The position numbers were made by a program, and so were the translations under genes. From Lama guanicoe (taxonomy: Eukaryota): a stretch of 64,000 nucleotides of DNA. Shown piece after piece: positions 35,950-48,395 of this stretch; within the stretch, counting starts at the first letter, position 1, and every line of letters starts with the position of its first letter. The DNA lies in assembly GCA_013239625.1 (NCBI GenBank), contig MU056898.1:1145717-1209716 (forward strand). The letters run 5' to 3'. The notes beneath the pieces were generated by a model, which saw only the letters and a program-made list of their open reading frames with translations, was not told where the DNA came from and did not search any database.

Positions 35950-38900
35950 AGTGAGCCGCTTTGTCACACGTAAAGCCCCTGTGTGGACGTGTGCGGGGCG
36001 CGGCGAGTTTCCGTTCTGAGAGGCCTGCCGTCTGAGTCGGAGCGGCCGCCCCTCCCGCCTCCGCGCGGCGAGCGGTCCAGGGCCGCTGGGGCCTGCGTCC
36101 TTGCTTCCTGGGGACGTTGGGCTCTCTTCACGTGCCTGTCATTGTGTCCCTTTGGCAAAATATCTCTTTGGAGCTTCTGCCCGTTTTCTCCGGAGCCCTG
36201 CTCGCTGCCTGGGGCTCTGGAGCACCCCCCTGCGGCGCCAGCCTCGCGTCCTGAGACGCGCCTCTTCGTTCTCCGCACCACGTCTTTTAAAGAGAAGCTT
36301 TGGTCAGTTTTTTCTTTCATGTGTGAGGATTGGGGTGTGGTGGCTGTGACATCCCCGCCTGTCCCAGGTTCGCAAAGGTTTTGCCCGTAGTTTTATGCAA
36401 ATTAATCATGTTTTACTTTACATGTAGATTTATTAACGGTTTGGGTTAGTTTCTCATGTTCTACAAAGACGGACGTCAGGACTGTTCCAGCACTCGCTGT
36501 TGGAACACCGTTCCTTCCACACCTGCCCCGAAGCTGCCCGTGTGCGTCGTGGGCGCCGCTCTGCCCGGCGGCCCGGCTCTGGCCGGCACCGCCTTGACGG
36601 CTACAGCTGTAGGTCCTGTCAGCCCCCAGCTTTGCCTTTTCTCCGTGTCGTGTTGACGGTTTTAGGTTCGACACATTTCCATGTGAATCTTGGCGTTGGC
36701 TCGTCAGCACGTGCGGAGAAGCTCCTGGGCTCTGATGGGACTGCTCCGATTCCGTGGCCTCCGGCATGGGGAGGGCGGCCCCCGCGCGCTGCCCTCCGTC
36801 GCCCTCGGGGAGCGGGCTGGGGCCACCGCAGGGGGGCCTCCCGCCGCTTCTCCACGTGCCTCTGCGTGTCTCTTGTCGGAGATACCGCTGTAAATGACGT
36901 TCCCCGGGTATCTTTGTCACCGACTTCTAGTGTGATTTCGCTGTGGTCGCAGGATGCATTTTGAAAGACGAGACTGTGCTCAGTACGCCCAGGCCCCTTC
37001 AGCCGGCGCCCGCCTGCCCTGGTGGGCACCCCGCGTGCCCGGGGAGGCCGGCCTGTGCCGGCGCAGCCGGGGGTCTGCACGGCCGGAGGGGCGGTGGTCG
37101 GGTGGGTTGACGGGCTCGGTCTGCTCTGCCCTCCGTGCCTTCTCTTGGCTGCTCTGTCAGTTATTGGGAGAGTGTCTCGAAGCCCGACGCTGACTGTGGA
37201 CTGGATCTCTCCTGCATTTCCGCCGGCCTTTGCTTCTCCTGTGACGCTTCCATCAGTGCAGGAATGTTTCACGTTGTCCTGACCTCCTGGGCAGGTGACT
37301 GCCACCCTGCGTCTTCACGTCGCAAGTGCACTTTTCGTTGGCGGCCTGTGTAACTGGGTGCAGCTTTTCCATCCATTGTGAGTGTCTCTCTGCCGTTTAA
37401 CGGGGGTGTTCAGAGCACTCACATTTGCTGTGGTCGCTGTGTGGTTAGGTTTGATCTTGTCACCCTGTTTTCTGCTTATTCCGTCTCTTCTTCATTCCCG
37501 TTTTCCTATTTTTCTGGCTTTTTTTAAATTAGTTGGGTGTTTTTTATGACTCCATTTTATTTCCTTTTCTGGCTTTTCAGTTGTAACTTTTTTTTTTTTA
37601 ATTTCAGGGGCTAGTTGAAGGTTTACCATGTACTTCCTTCGCTTACCTCAGTCTGCCTTCACGCGATGCCACGCCTTTTCACATGCAGCACAGCTCCGTG
37701 CAGCTGGGTGCATCTGTCTGTGCAGCCTTTGCGTGGCTGCTGTCATGCATTTTGTTTGTGCTCATGTCTCAAACCCCCAGGATACTTTGTTAGTTTTGTT
37801 GAAGCAGTCAGTCTCTTTAAAAAGTGGTCACGTAAGTGTCGTAGCAGACTTAAAGGTGTGCTGGTCACGCACCTGCCCGCATCCTGTGGCTCCGCGCTCC
37901 TCGCTCCGTGTGGGCCCGCACCGCCCTCTGCGCCTCCTTCTCTCTCCCAGGAGGACGCCCCTGGCCTTCCCTCTGGACCAGGCCTGCTGGTGACGAGCTC
38001 CTTCTGCTCTTGGGTGTCTGAGAACAGCGTTCTTTTGCTTTTTTTTGAAAGGTATTTTCACTGGGAATAGAATTCCAGGCTGGCATTTTAAGTTTTCTCC
38101 CAGTATTTTTTTTTAATCTGGTGGGGAGGAGGTAATTAGGTTTATTTATTTTTTTGAGGAGGTGCTGGGGATTGAACCCAGGGCCTTGTGCACACTAAGC
38201 GTGTGCTCTACCACTTGAGCTGTGCCCTCCCCGCATCTCCCAGTATTTTAAAGAGTTTTCTCCTCTTTCTCACCCGCAACGTCTCTGCTGAGAAATCGGC
38301 CTTGCTCCTCTGTGCGCAGCGCTTCCTTTCTGCGGCTGCTTGTGGGTCCTTTATCACTGCTTTTGAGCAGCTGGATTGTTCTGTGCTCTGGGGCTGTTTT
38401 CTTCCTGTTTGCTGTGCTGGGTTTGTGTGGCTTCTGGGATCTGTGGCTTTGCATTTCCCATCACGTCGGAAACCCCCTTGCGTCCCTCGCTTCCTGCGGT
38501 GACTCCAGCTTCGTGAGGTTCCCCGCCGCTTGGTGACTCTCTCTTCAGGTTTAAAGATCCAGCGTCCTCCATTTCTGTGGTTCTGCCTCAAGCGCAAGTG
38601 CCAGTGTCTGTGGACGCTCACGTGATGCCCTGTGCCGTCCTGGTGGGTCTTACCTGCCTGCTCACCTTCCTCACCGTGGGTCACACTTTCCTGCTTCTTT
38701 TAATGCCTGGGACCCTGTTTGGACAGCAGACATTGTGAATCTTAGCTTGCTGGGTGCTGGGCGTTCTTGTGTTCTTACAGGTCGTGTTGAACTTTTTTCG
38801 GAGGTGCACTCGGGTTCCCTGGGAGGAGGCCGGTCCTCACAGATCTTGGTTTTGTGGTTTGCTGGGCCGTCCTGAGCAGCTCTCCTCCCACCCCCGAGCC
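35950..38900 (-). mobile_element. Antisense LINE-1 fragments (ORF2 toward ORF1), strongly GC-shifted
   Basis: L1-like text: ttttaaagagaagctttggtcagttttttctttcatg; gacttctagtgtgatttcgctgtggtc; tttgaaaggtattttcactggg; tctgctgagaaatcggcc; ttatcactgcttttgagcagctggattg. Confidence 0.72.
38110..38235 (-). mobile_element. tRNA-derived SINE (camelid-type) with a perfect 14-bp target-site duplication
   Basis: ggggaggaggtaattaggtttatttatttttttgaggaggtgctggggattgaacccagggccttgtgcacactaagcgtgtgctctaccacttgagctgtgccctcccc. TSD TCTCCCAGTATTTT at 38096-38109 and 38236-38249. Confidence 0.9.
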
Positions 38901-39379
38901 AGGCCCTCCCTGGTGCGTCCGTGGCACGCAACTTTCCCACTCTGGCTGGTGGGAAGGGCTCTTTTCCTCACCTGTGTCAGTGCTGGCTCTGCTTCCTGGG
39001 CACTTGATTTTAAATCATATGAATGTGGTGCTTATTCAAAAACTTAAATTAAAAAGAAGAAGCACAAACAGGCACCTTCTCACGGTGAGCGGCAGCCTTC
39101 CTGCGTCCCCCCCGCGACCGGCCCATCCTGCTGCCCCGCCCCAGCCTCTGGCCGCCGGCGGGCCCGAGCCACGCCGGAGATCTTCCCGTGGAGACTCGTC
39201 AGGTGGTCGTCTGAGTTCCCGCGTCCTCTGCAGCATCGTCCTGCTGTTGCTTCTGCCCCCCCCCCATATTTCACAGATGCACATTTGGGAGCAAACTTTA
39301 TAACCCCGTCTGGTAGCCTTGCCCCTTTTCCCCCCCAGGGGTCACGGCAGGGGTCCCTTCACATCCACTCTCCCTGCAG

Positions 39380-39470
39380 GTTGAAGATTGAGGAGCTGGA
39401 AGGGGAGCGGCGGCGTCTGGAGGAGGACAAGAAGATGCTAGAGGCGCAGCTGGAGCGGCTGACCCTGCAG
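39380..39470 (+). CDS. MAD1L1: MAD1L1 internal coding exon (91 nt, phase 2/0; about human exon 16)
   Basis: Encodes (R)LKIEELEGERRRLEEDKKMLEAQLERLTLQ (human LKVEELEGERSRLEEEKRMLEAQLERRALQ). Acceptor ccactctccctgcag; donor CAG|gtgagc. Confidence 0.96.
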
Positions 39471-42400
39471 GTGAGCCATCCCAGGACTCGCTGCCCTGCC
39501 ACTCCCTCCCGGACTCCACGTCTGAGGTCCCGGCTCCTCGGACTAAACTTGTGCAGGGTCCTGGCCCACACACGCCCTACTGTCCGGGAGTGTGTATCCC
39601 AGAGCCCGGCGAGGACAGCCTGCCCACTGGCTGCGCAGTCACCAGCCCCGTGGGTTTTCATGCCATCCTCCCGACCGCTGGCCACAGAGCTCGCCATCCG
39701 CGGTGTGGAAGGCAGCGCCCCTCAGAGCTTCTCCGTGTGGTTGGGGTTTGCGTCCCAGCCCCCCTGCCCCTGTCAGCCTGCAGTGGTGAAGCAGGGCTGC
39801 TGTTTATACTATTTTAGTTTCACTTTGTTTTTCATCTTCATCCCCATCTCGATTGTTCCATGGCAAGAAGCCTGCAGGTTTGTGATTACCCAGATTTTGG
39901 ACAGGCCATTGATTTTTGTCTTGACACCTATTAGAGGCAAATCAAATCTCTTTTTTATTCCCGAGTCCTGGAGATGGGAGAAGTGACAGCCTTGATAAAG
40001 CAAGGCGCCATGAGCTGCAGCCGGACTGTGTTCAGCTCCAGGACCTGTCATCTTGGGCCGTTTTAATTGGGCCGCAGTCCTGAAGGGAGAGCTGTTGCTG
40101 GCAGGTGCATTCCCGGCCGCCCGTCAGCGGCGCCCTGTCAGGCAGAGCTGGGGGGTGTCTTCCTGGTACTTAGTTGAGCTCAGCCTGAGGCCATGGCTGG
40201 TGCCTTCCCCAGCCTCCCGGACTGGGGCTCAGCAAGTCCTGCCAAAATCGATATTTCCTTTCTTCCTGCTCCAGGGCTTGAGGCCTGTCATGAGGATCCT
40301 GCAGTGGTCCTCGGTGAGGGTGTCAGGGGTCACGTGGCTGGGCGGAGGGTTCCTGTGGAGGAGAGGAGGGCCGGCGGTGCCCAATGCAGCATGGGCTCAG
40401 CAACGCAGACCACATACGGCCTCCTGGGCTCCACGTGGGCCTCGCGTGGGGCGGGGGGGCCTGGCTGTGCGTCCTGGAGCCGCTCGTGGCATCCTGTCCG
40501 ACCCCGACACCGGGGAGGGAGCATTGCCCCATCACCGTGCACTTGCTGAGCTTGGGAGGAGCAGCTGCAGGCCTTGCTGAGGGAGCAGGGAGATGGCGGG
40601 CGGCACCCCGACCCCCGCGGGGTCATTCTGGTCCCGGCAAAGTGGACGGGGAGGCACCTTGTGTGGCTCAGGGAGCCGATCCAGGCGGCGTTGGAATGGG
40701 TCTGGGGGTGACGTGGACCCATGCAAACAGCAGGCACTGTCAGGGACACGGGCCTGCACATCCGCACACCGCGGGGCCTCGGGGACGCTGTCTGAGCTGT
40801 GGGACTTTCCCATCCGAGCCCCAGTGCATCCAGTGTGGAAAACCGGGGACGGTGACCCACATGGGGGTCACTGGGGACATCTGACCACACCACTGCGAGG
40901 GCAAAGACCTCATCCCCTTCTTTGCCCCCGGGGCTGGCACAGCAGGACAGTGCACCACACGCCTGCAGGCCTGGCTGCTGCGCGCCTGGCTGCGCGGCCT
41001 GCGGCCCACGCGGAGCGGAGGAGGCCGCGCTGAGGCCCGTGGGCGCAGCCCCCCACCCCGCCGCGTGCTTATCAGCCGCTGCCGCCTGCTCTGCACGCAC
41101 ATCTCTCCTCTCCCTCCGGAGGAGCCTCCAAGTCGGCCGCTTCAAGGAAGATTGATTAAAATCCGCTGCAGTTTGACTTAATTGGGAACATATGCTTGGA
41201 GAGGGCGCTCAACTAGTTAGAAGTCTTTGTAATTAGCTCACAGCTGGTTGGTGAGAAAACGGCTCCAGTTACTGCCCAGAGCTGGGCGTGCTCCTCCGGG
41301 CTGCGGGACAGGGCCTGGGAGGGAGGCTCCCGGGCCACCTCCTTCTGTGTCCTTGTCCTGTCCAGGTCCCTCTGGGGTCCTCAGCTGTCCTCGCTCATCT
41401 GGGGTGACCTGCATGCGTGCGTGCGTTCCTAATGTCGCCAGCTGTCAGGGAGGCGAAGCCCCTGCTTAGAGATGGGGAAGCGGAGGCCCAGTTAGCCAGA
41501 CATGATCGGTCATTCTGTAGAGACAGGATGGACTTCGAACATGTTCCCGAGGACTGAAACTGCGCAAACCAGCTGGAACTCTGAGTCTGAGCGGGAGCCG
41601 TTCTATGGTTCCTGGTATGGCTGCAGGAGTCGGGGGCTCTGGAAACCAGACTCTTGGGGAACTGGTGGGAACAGTGGGTGCCCAGGCCTGCCCGCCCCCC
41701 TTTCCACACCCTCCCAGCCTTTCCCAGCAGCCCTGGCATCACTGGGCCACTGGCCTGGTTGGGGGTACTTCCTGGGTGCCCCCACCTTCCTCCTGCCCCG
41801 TCCCACCCCACCCCAGGCACTCCTCCATTGGCCTGGGATTCCCACGACTGGGAATGCAGGCGCTGCTGCCACTTGTCCTGACAGACCTCCAGGGACCCTC
41901 TGCTGGGGGTGGGGGCACACTGGGCCTGGGTGTTGGCTCTGTCCCTCACCAGCAGAGGCCCTGGTCTCAGTCTGCTCCCCTGCAGGCCATCTCAGAGAAC
42001 ACGGTGACGTGCCAGCCCCGAGAGCACAGCCGCTGCTGCGACTGTCATGTGTGACCCCCCCGACACACCTTGGTCATGACACGGTTGTCCACGCTTGGGT
42101 TTCTTGTGGGCCACCGTCGGGGCTGCCACGGCACCAAGCTGCATGGAGGGCCGGACGCACAGCAGCTTTGGACGTGGCGGACGCTTGCCTGCCAGGCAGC
42201 CCTGACCGGGGCTGGACACCCCTCCACAGAGAGGAGCGAGCGCTCACGTTGGGGGCGCAGCCTGGTTACACGCTGGTTCTGTCACCGCCCCTGGGCCCAC
42301 CCTGGGTCCCGAGTGTGACGGTGGAGGCAGCGTGGAGACTCAGCTCTGCTAGGTCTCCCCAGCGCTTTATGGACATTGTCAGACACACAGCAGAGCTGGT

Positions 42401-43100
42401 TGTGTTACAGCGAACACCCGAGGACCCGCCATCCGGCCACGGACGCTCTGCTGGGGCTGCTTTATGACGCACCTCTCCGCCCTCTTCCATCCATCAGGGC
42501 TTTCTGTCTGCTTGAGACGTTTTACAGCAAATTGCAGACGTCTGTGCCCGTTCCTCTGACGCTTCAGCATGCACATAATTAGGCAGAATTCTTCTCTGGG
42601 GTTGGAGCTCGCAGCCCTCTGTCCCTCGGAGGTGGGCTGACCCCTGCGGTGGAGCCCACCCCATGAGCCCCCGCCCTGCCTGCTTCCTCTGCGTGCGGGT
42701 GGGGCTGCCCCACAGCCAGCCTGCGGCTCTGCTCAGGAGAGGGACCAGACTGCAGCCCAGTGACATTTAAAATAAGTGTATCTTTTTTGGAAACGGAGTG
42801 GGTAGAAAATTGCCGGGTTCCCTGTGAGTGGAAAGCTCACGGTGCCCGCGGAGACGGCCCCGCGTCCCCAGGCAGGAGCGCAGTCTAATGATAGACTCTC
42901 CCAGCCTCCACCGCCTTCCCTTTCCCGCAGCACTGCTTCCCTCCCACCCCAGCGCTCTCACGGCCCTGGCCCGTCCACTCTCCACCCAGCAGACCCCCAC
43001 AAGCCCCCGCCGACCTCTCACCGCACATTCCTCCTGCCTGGCCTACCCCCCAGGGGCACAGTGGTCAGTCCTTGGACCCGAAGTTCCCCCCGCAACCTCA

Positions 43101-43584
43101 CCTGCTCCCACCCATTCCCACCGGTTCCCACCTTCTCTCACCTGCTCCCTTCTGCTCTCACCTGCTCCCACCTGCTCCCACCTGTTCCCACCTGCTCCCA
43201 CCTGCTCTCACCTGCTCCCACTTGCTCTCACCTAGTCCTACCTGTTCCCACCTGCTCCCACCTGCTCTCACCTGCTCCCACTTGCTCTCACCTAGTCCTA
43301 CCTGTTCCCACCTGTTCCCACCTGCTCCCACCTGTTCCCACCTGCTCCCTCCTGCTCCCTTCTGTTCCCACCTGCTCTCACCTGCTCCCTCCTGCTCCCT
43401 TCTGTTCCCACCTGCTCTCACGTGCTCCCTCCTGCTCCCTTCTGTTTCCACCTGCTCTCACCTGCTCCCACCTGCTCCCTCCTGTTCCCACCTGCTCTCA
43501 CCTGTTCCCACCTGCTCCCTCCTGTTCCCACCTGCTCTCACCTGCTCCCTCCTGCTCCCTTCTGTTCCCACCTGCTCTTACCTG
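43101..43584 (+). repeat. 10-bp minisatellite, ~48 units, consensus CCTG(C/T)T(C/T)CC(A/T)-like
   Basis: Units cctgctccca, cctgttccca, cctgctctca and cctgctccct read directly, in exact 10-bp register. Confidence 0.98.
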
Positions 43585-44689
43585 TGTCCAAAGCAGGCCC
43601 AGCCTCTGCCTGTCAGGACCCCTCTTACCCTATGGATCAACTTGCTGCTGACCAGGGCTTGAACATGTCCCCCCCAGACTGGACACATTATTTCTTGATG
43701 GCCACTGGCCTACACGTCTGGAAAGTTCTCTGGGCACTGCTCCCTGGAGGGGACAGCTGGGGTGCCCGGGCGTGGGGTGAGTCCTAGAAGTTGTTCTGGG
43801 TATTCCCTCGGGTGGGGAGGCCTTGCTCTCCAGGCTGATGTCGCTCTGAGCACCTGCTTCCTTGGTGTTGTCTGTGCGACCAGAGCACAGGGGCCCCCCA
43901 CCCCCTGCCCCCCGGGCACAGAGCACCGGAGCGCTGCTGGGCCTGACCCTGACCCTCCTGGGCGTCCCCACTTAATGTCGTGGGCACTGAGGAAGGAGTG
44001 CCACTCACACCGTGCAGATGAAGCCCATGTCACAGAAGCCGGTGGTCTCCACAGGGCAAGAGGTGACTCCGTCTTGTGCCCCAGCTCCGAAGACCGTGCC
44101 CTCCCCAGGCTGCGCCTCCATCCCTCCCATCGAGGGCCAGGTGCTCCCTGCCCAGCAGGTCCTGTTCTGCCCTGAAAGCCTGGGGTGTCTGTGTGAGCAC
44201 CACAGGGCCGGCCCCCCACCACCTCCATCATGGCAGAATCAGCTGTGCTGGCAGTCCCCCCAACAGCCCCCACTGGCTTCCCACACTGGCCCCGCCACCT
44301 GCTCTGTCTAGAGAGCCCCCCCGCCTGCTGGTGGGCGCTGCCCATCTTCAGGGCCCAGCTCAGGTGCCGCCCCTCCTCTGAGCCTCAGTGCCCGCGTCCC
44401 GGGACCTGTGCGTGGTCCTGTGCGCGTGTTCCGCCGGTGGTGCCCTGGCCTGGCTCCTGGGGCGCCCGTGCTCTGGCACGTGTGGGCAATGCAGGCTGCA
44501 GGGCAGGGTGCCGGGAGGCGGGCTCTGGAGGACACACATCTGGGTGTGAATTCCTCCCGTTGCCTCACACGTGCTCAGCCCTGGGCACGTCACCTTTCGT
44601 GTCCCAGCTCCCTTATTTGGGAAACGAGGAGGAAGGGCGCTGAGGTCGTGAGGTTGGGCCGGTCGTGTATAAGGCATTTGTGTAGTTCC

Positions 44690-45900
44690 TCTCCTCCGGG
44701 GGCTTCTGTGAGGTGGTGGATTTTCCTAATACAGATTCTCACCGCCCACCCCCTGTTAACTCAGAGATGGTGTTTGCAGACAGTTTCTGCACCTTGTGCA
44801 TCAAGGAGGTGTTTCCCACGAGTACGCGGTGCCCTGTACAGTGTTACGCAGTGTGTGGTGCAGCATGGGTGTGTGTGCCGTGACGTGTTTAACCCGTTGC
44901 CTGTTAGTGGTTACAGGTTAGTGCCTCTTCTGTGACCACGAGTGAGGCAGTGTCGAGTGACTGTCTGCACGCGGCTCTTCCAGTGTGTGCACGCCTGTGT
45001 GTAGGACAGACTTCCAGGGGAGGGTGGGATTAGCAGGCACCTGCATTTCCAGACGCAGTGGCGTGTCGGGGCACAGCACGAATGGGGTGGGACGGTTTTG
45101 TACCAGCACCTGTGAGTGCCTCTTCCCATGGCCTCAGACTTGGAGGTTTTCTGGTCCAGCAAGTGAAGAGGAAGAGCTCAGTGTAGTTTTAATTTCAGTC
45201 CTTTATTGTACATGAGTGAGGGTTTTAAATACGTTTGTGTCTGTCACTATCCTTGGTCCACTTTTCGAATAGACTGTTAGTCCTTTTCTTGTTGATTTCT
45301 TAGAGCTCTTTGTATATTGTGGAGCAGAGCTCATTTTGTTTCAAATTGTGAATATGTTTTCCCAATTTATCATTTGTCTTTTGCCTTTGCTTGTGCTGTT
45401 TTTTACCAAGCAGAAGTTTTTAACTTTTAAATGTATTTTATACAGATGAACTTATAGCCTTTTCCTTTGTAGCTTCTGAGTTTTGGGTCACATCTTTACT
45501 TTTTATAAGTCAAGGTATAAAAAATTCTCATGGTTTCTTCTGGTTTTGTGGTGGCTTCATTTTCTACTTTAAATCTGATCGATTTGAAATTTGGTTTTGC
45601 TTTTTATAAGGTATGAAGCGTGATACCAACCTGTTTTTTAAGAGGGCCTCCTGGCACCCCAGCCACGACCGAGAGCCTATCTCTCGTCATTGGTTTGAGG
45701 TCCTACCTTCTCGTGTGCTGGTCGCGCTGTGTCAGGTCCTTTGTGTCCGAGGTGCCTGTCCTTTTCCCCCTGTAAGTCTTCTTTTCTGGGTTTTCCAACA
45801 GCTCTTGCTCATTTTCATATGAACTTTGGAATCAGCGTGTCTAGCTCCCCTCTCCCAATGAGTGTAGAATTTGCTGGATTTCTTGAAGTGAGAAGTTGGA
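44690..45900 (-). mobile_element. Old L1ME-like antisense fragment
   Basis: T-rich decayed ORF2 text: gtgtagttttaatttc; ttttcttgttgatttcttagagctctttgtatatt; cagaagtttttaactttt; tttaaatctgatcgatttgaaattt; ttttcatatgaactttggaatcagc. Confidence 0.75.
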
Positions 45901-47929
45901 GGTCTGGAGGTTGGCCGTCTCTGGGACGTGGCCCTCTGCGCACGAGAACGTTACGATGTCTTTCTGCTGGTCAGGGTCCTTCTGCGTCCCCCACGGGGGC
46001 GTCTTCCAGTGGCGCCTCCGCTGCACACATTTCCTGCTGAGTTTGCTTGTCAGCGTGGGGTCGTCTAGTTTGCCCGTTGTCGGTGGGTCCCAGTCCCACC
46101 GCCTTGCACTGCGTGCAGCCTGGAGTCCCGACGCCAGGGGTGGGGGGGGGCGCGGTCCTAACCTCCTGACAGTGATGTGTGTGCCCTCTGTCCCGGCTAC
46201 GCTGGGGCTGGGGTCCCAGGGCCTTGCTGCACCGCCTGCCTTCCTGAGTGTTACGTGTAGCACGAGGCGCTTAGTGAAGGAAAGCTTCCCCTGGCGGGGT
46301 GGCTCCCGGCTGCTCCTGCTCATTCAAGCCGAAGACAGGAAAAGCCAGCGCTGATGTGCGTTTGTGTGAAGCTTCCATAGGTGCTGACTTCTGTGGATTT
46401 TTTTATGGGAGGAGTGATGTGTCCTGAATGTTAAGCCCCTTCTGGTTCCCTGGGACCTCGGGACACCGACCGCCCACCTCCTTGCTGGGTGCACCCCGAC
46501 CCCAGACTGCGGCCCCGGGCTCTTGTCCCCGGTGGCCCTCGGCGGTCTGGCCCAGCCCTGCTCAGCTCTTGCGGGCACGGTGGTGACCCCTCCACGTGGT
46601 CCTTGCAAAGTGTTTACGTGAAAAAGATGGGAACCCAGCACATTAAACACCTAGAAACTAGGCCTGGCAGGAATGCTGTGTGGCGGTCGTCTGGAGCCGA
46701 GCTCAACTTTCCTGTCTGCTGATCCCGGAGGAGGATGGTGGAGGGTGGTGCGCTGGTTCCGCACGAGGGTCCCCTCGCTACCGCGTGCCTCCTGTGCCTC
46801 TGAGCCTCACCTCCCTGGGAAGGAGGGCTGGGAGGTCTCTGCAGACGCAGGCTGGCACCCCCTCACCCCCAGAGCTCCACTCAGCCACGTGCAGCTCGGG
46901 TGCCCAGGAGGGCGGTCCATGTGGGGCAACCCCAGCCCAAGGGCAGGTCTCCCTGGCCACCCCGACGTGTTTGTGCCCAAACCCAGGCCCAGAGCCCCAC
47001 GGGGAGCCCCAGGAGCAGCCCGTCTTCCTGGCCCAGGCCTGGCACTCCTTTTGTGATGCCCCCTGTTCTCACAGGCTCTGTTCAGAGCAGGGAGCTTCTG
47101 GCCCAGAGGCCTGCGCTTGGTGGCCCTGACCTCGGGGCCCGCCGGCAGGGGTCCTGCTGGGCCGTGCCCACTCCTGTTCTCAGCAGGTTGGACCGCGGGC
47201 TCTCTCAGCTTGGCAGCCCTTCCTCGTCCAGCTGGGTTCCCCGGGTGCTCTGTGTGTGGGGCAGAGTATGCCAGCCTGGCTTGTCCTGGGTCAGCAGGCA
47301 GCCCTGGGGCCTACAGGGTGCCCGGGCTCCACGCCTCCCGTCACGGCTCGGCCTGCACTGCAGGCACTGCTGTAACTCAGGGGACAGCGGGGGGTGGATG
47401 CTCACGAGCTTGCGTTCTGTGGGGACTGGACTCAGTGCAGGCACATAACCAGCTCGATGGTGACGGGAAGAGAAGGAAGCAGCCACCGTGCCGGAGGTCC
47501 ATGGGGAGCGGCCCTGTGAGGGCCTGGCAGGACCGTGCACTCCTGTCCACTCCCGCAGGTTCCCAGTAGTCGGGATTGTCCCGGGAATATGGGTTCCTTG
47601 AGTCTGAGTATCATCTGAACATTTTCCAGGACCGCATCTGTTAAATAAGATTCCACTTTTCCACAAAGAATTTCTGGCAGCGTTACCCTGATGCCTGCAA
47701 GAAGCGGATCCCAGACATTCCGACCATCGGGGCTAATGTTGTTAGTAAAGCTGAGCTTCTTGGCAGCCCTGACAAGAAAGGAAAGTTGACCAATGACATA
47801 ACCGTTCTTGTAGAAAGAGGGCCTTGGAGGGGATTCATGGACAGAACACTAAATTCTAAAAGAACTGAAGGTGTCCCCCCACAGGAACTGTCACTAAGCT
47901 CCTGTGTTGAACCCCCTGACCCAACAGTT

Positions 47930-48395
47930 CTGCTTCCGGGTGTGCAGCGCCCAAGAGCTGAGAGCCAGGTCTCACCTGCGTCACAGCAGCCCAGGGTGCG
48001 GTGACAGATGGGGGAGCAGTCAGGTGTGGTCCGTCCGCACAGTGAAGTATCACTCAGCCTTCAAACAAGGAAACTGACCCCTGCTACGTCGTGGAGGGGC
48101 CCTGAGGACGTGGTGCTCAGTGAAGTGAACCAGGGACGGAAGGACAGGCACTGGGTGATGCCACTTCCACGGGGCCCCTGGGGGAGTCAGAGTCACAGAG
48201 ACAGGAGGTGGAGGCTGGGGCTAGAGGCTGGGGCACGGGGACAGGGTCTCAGCTTGGGAAGATGGAAAGTTCTGGAGACCGACTGGGTGACGGCTACACG
48301 TTCGCAGTGTAAATGTGCTTAGTGCCAAATGATACTTAATGTGACTGAGGTGGCAAAGTTTACTTTATATGTATTTTACCACAATTCAAAAAAAA
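47930..48395 (+). mobile_element. LINE-1 (L1MB-like) 3' end with poly(A)
   Basis: PEDVVLSEVNQ (ORF2 C-terminus), then gggaagatggaaagttctggag...tttatatgtattttaccacaattcAAAAAAAA, a typical L1MB 3' terminus. Confidence 0.85.

Noticed and set aside
38150-38235. tRNA gene on the minus strand
   Set aside because: It is the tRNA-derived head of a SINE, with an A-rich tail and a TSD. The copy at ~31230 is the same family.
42824-43662. Cys/His-periodic ORFs (PTCSHLL repeats) resembling zinc-finger or metallothionein proteins
   Set aside because: They are translations of the 10-bp minisatellite; similar peptides appear in all frames and lack C2H2 spacing.
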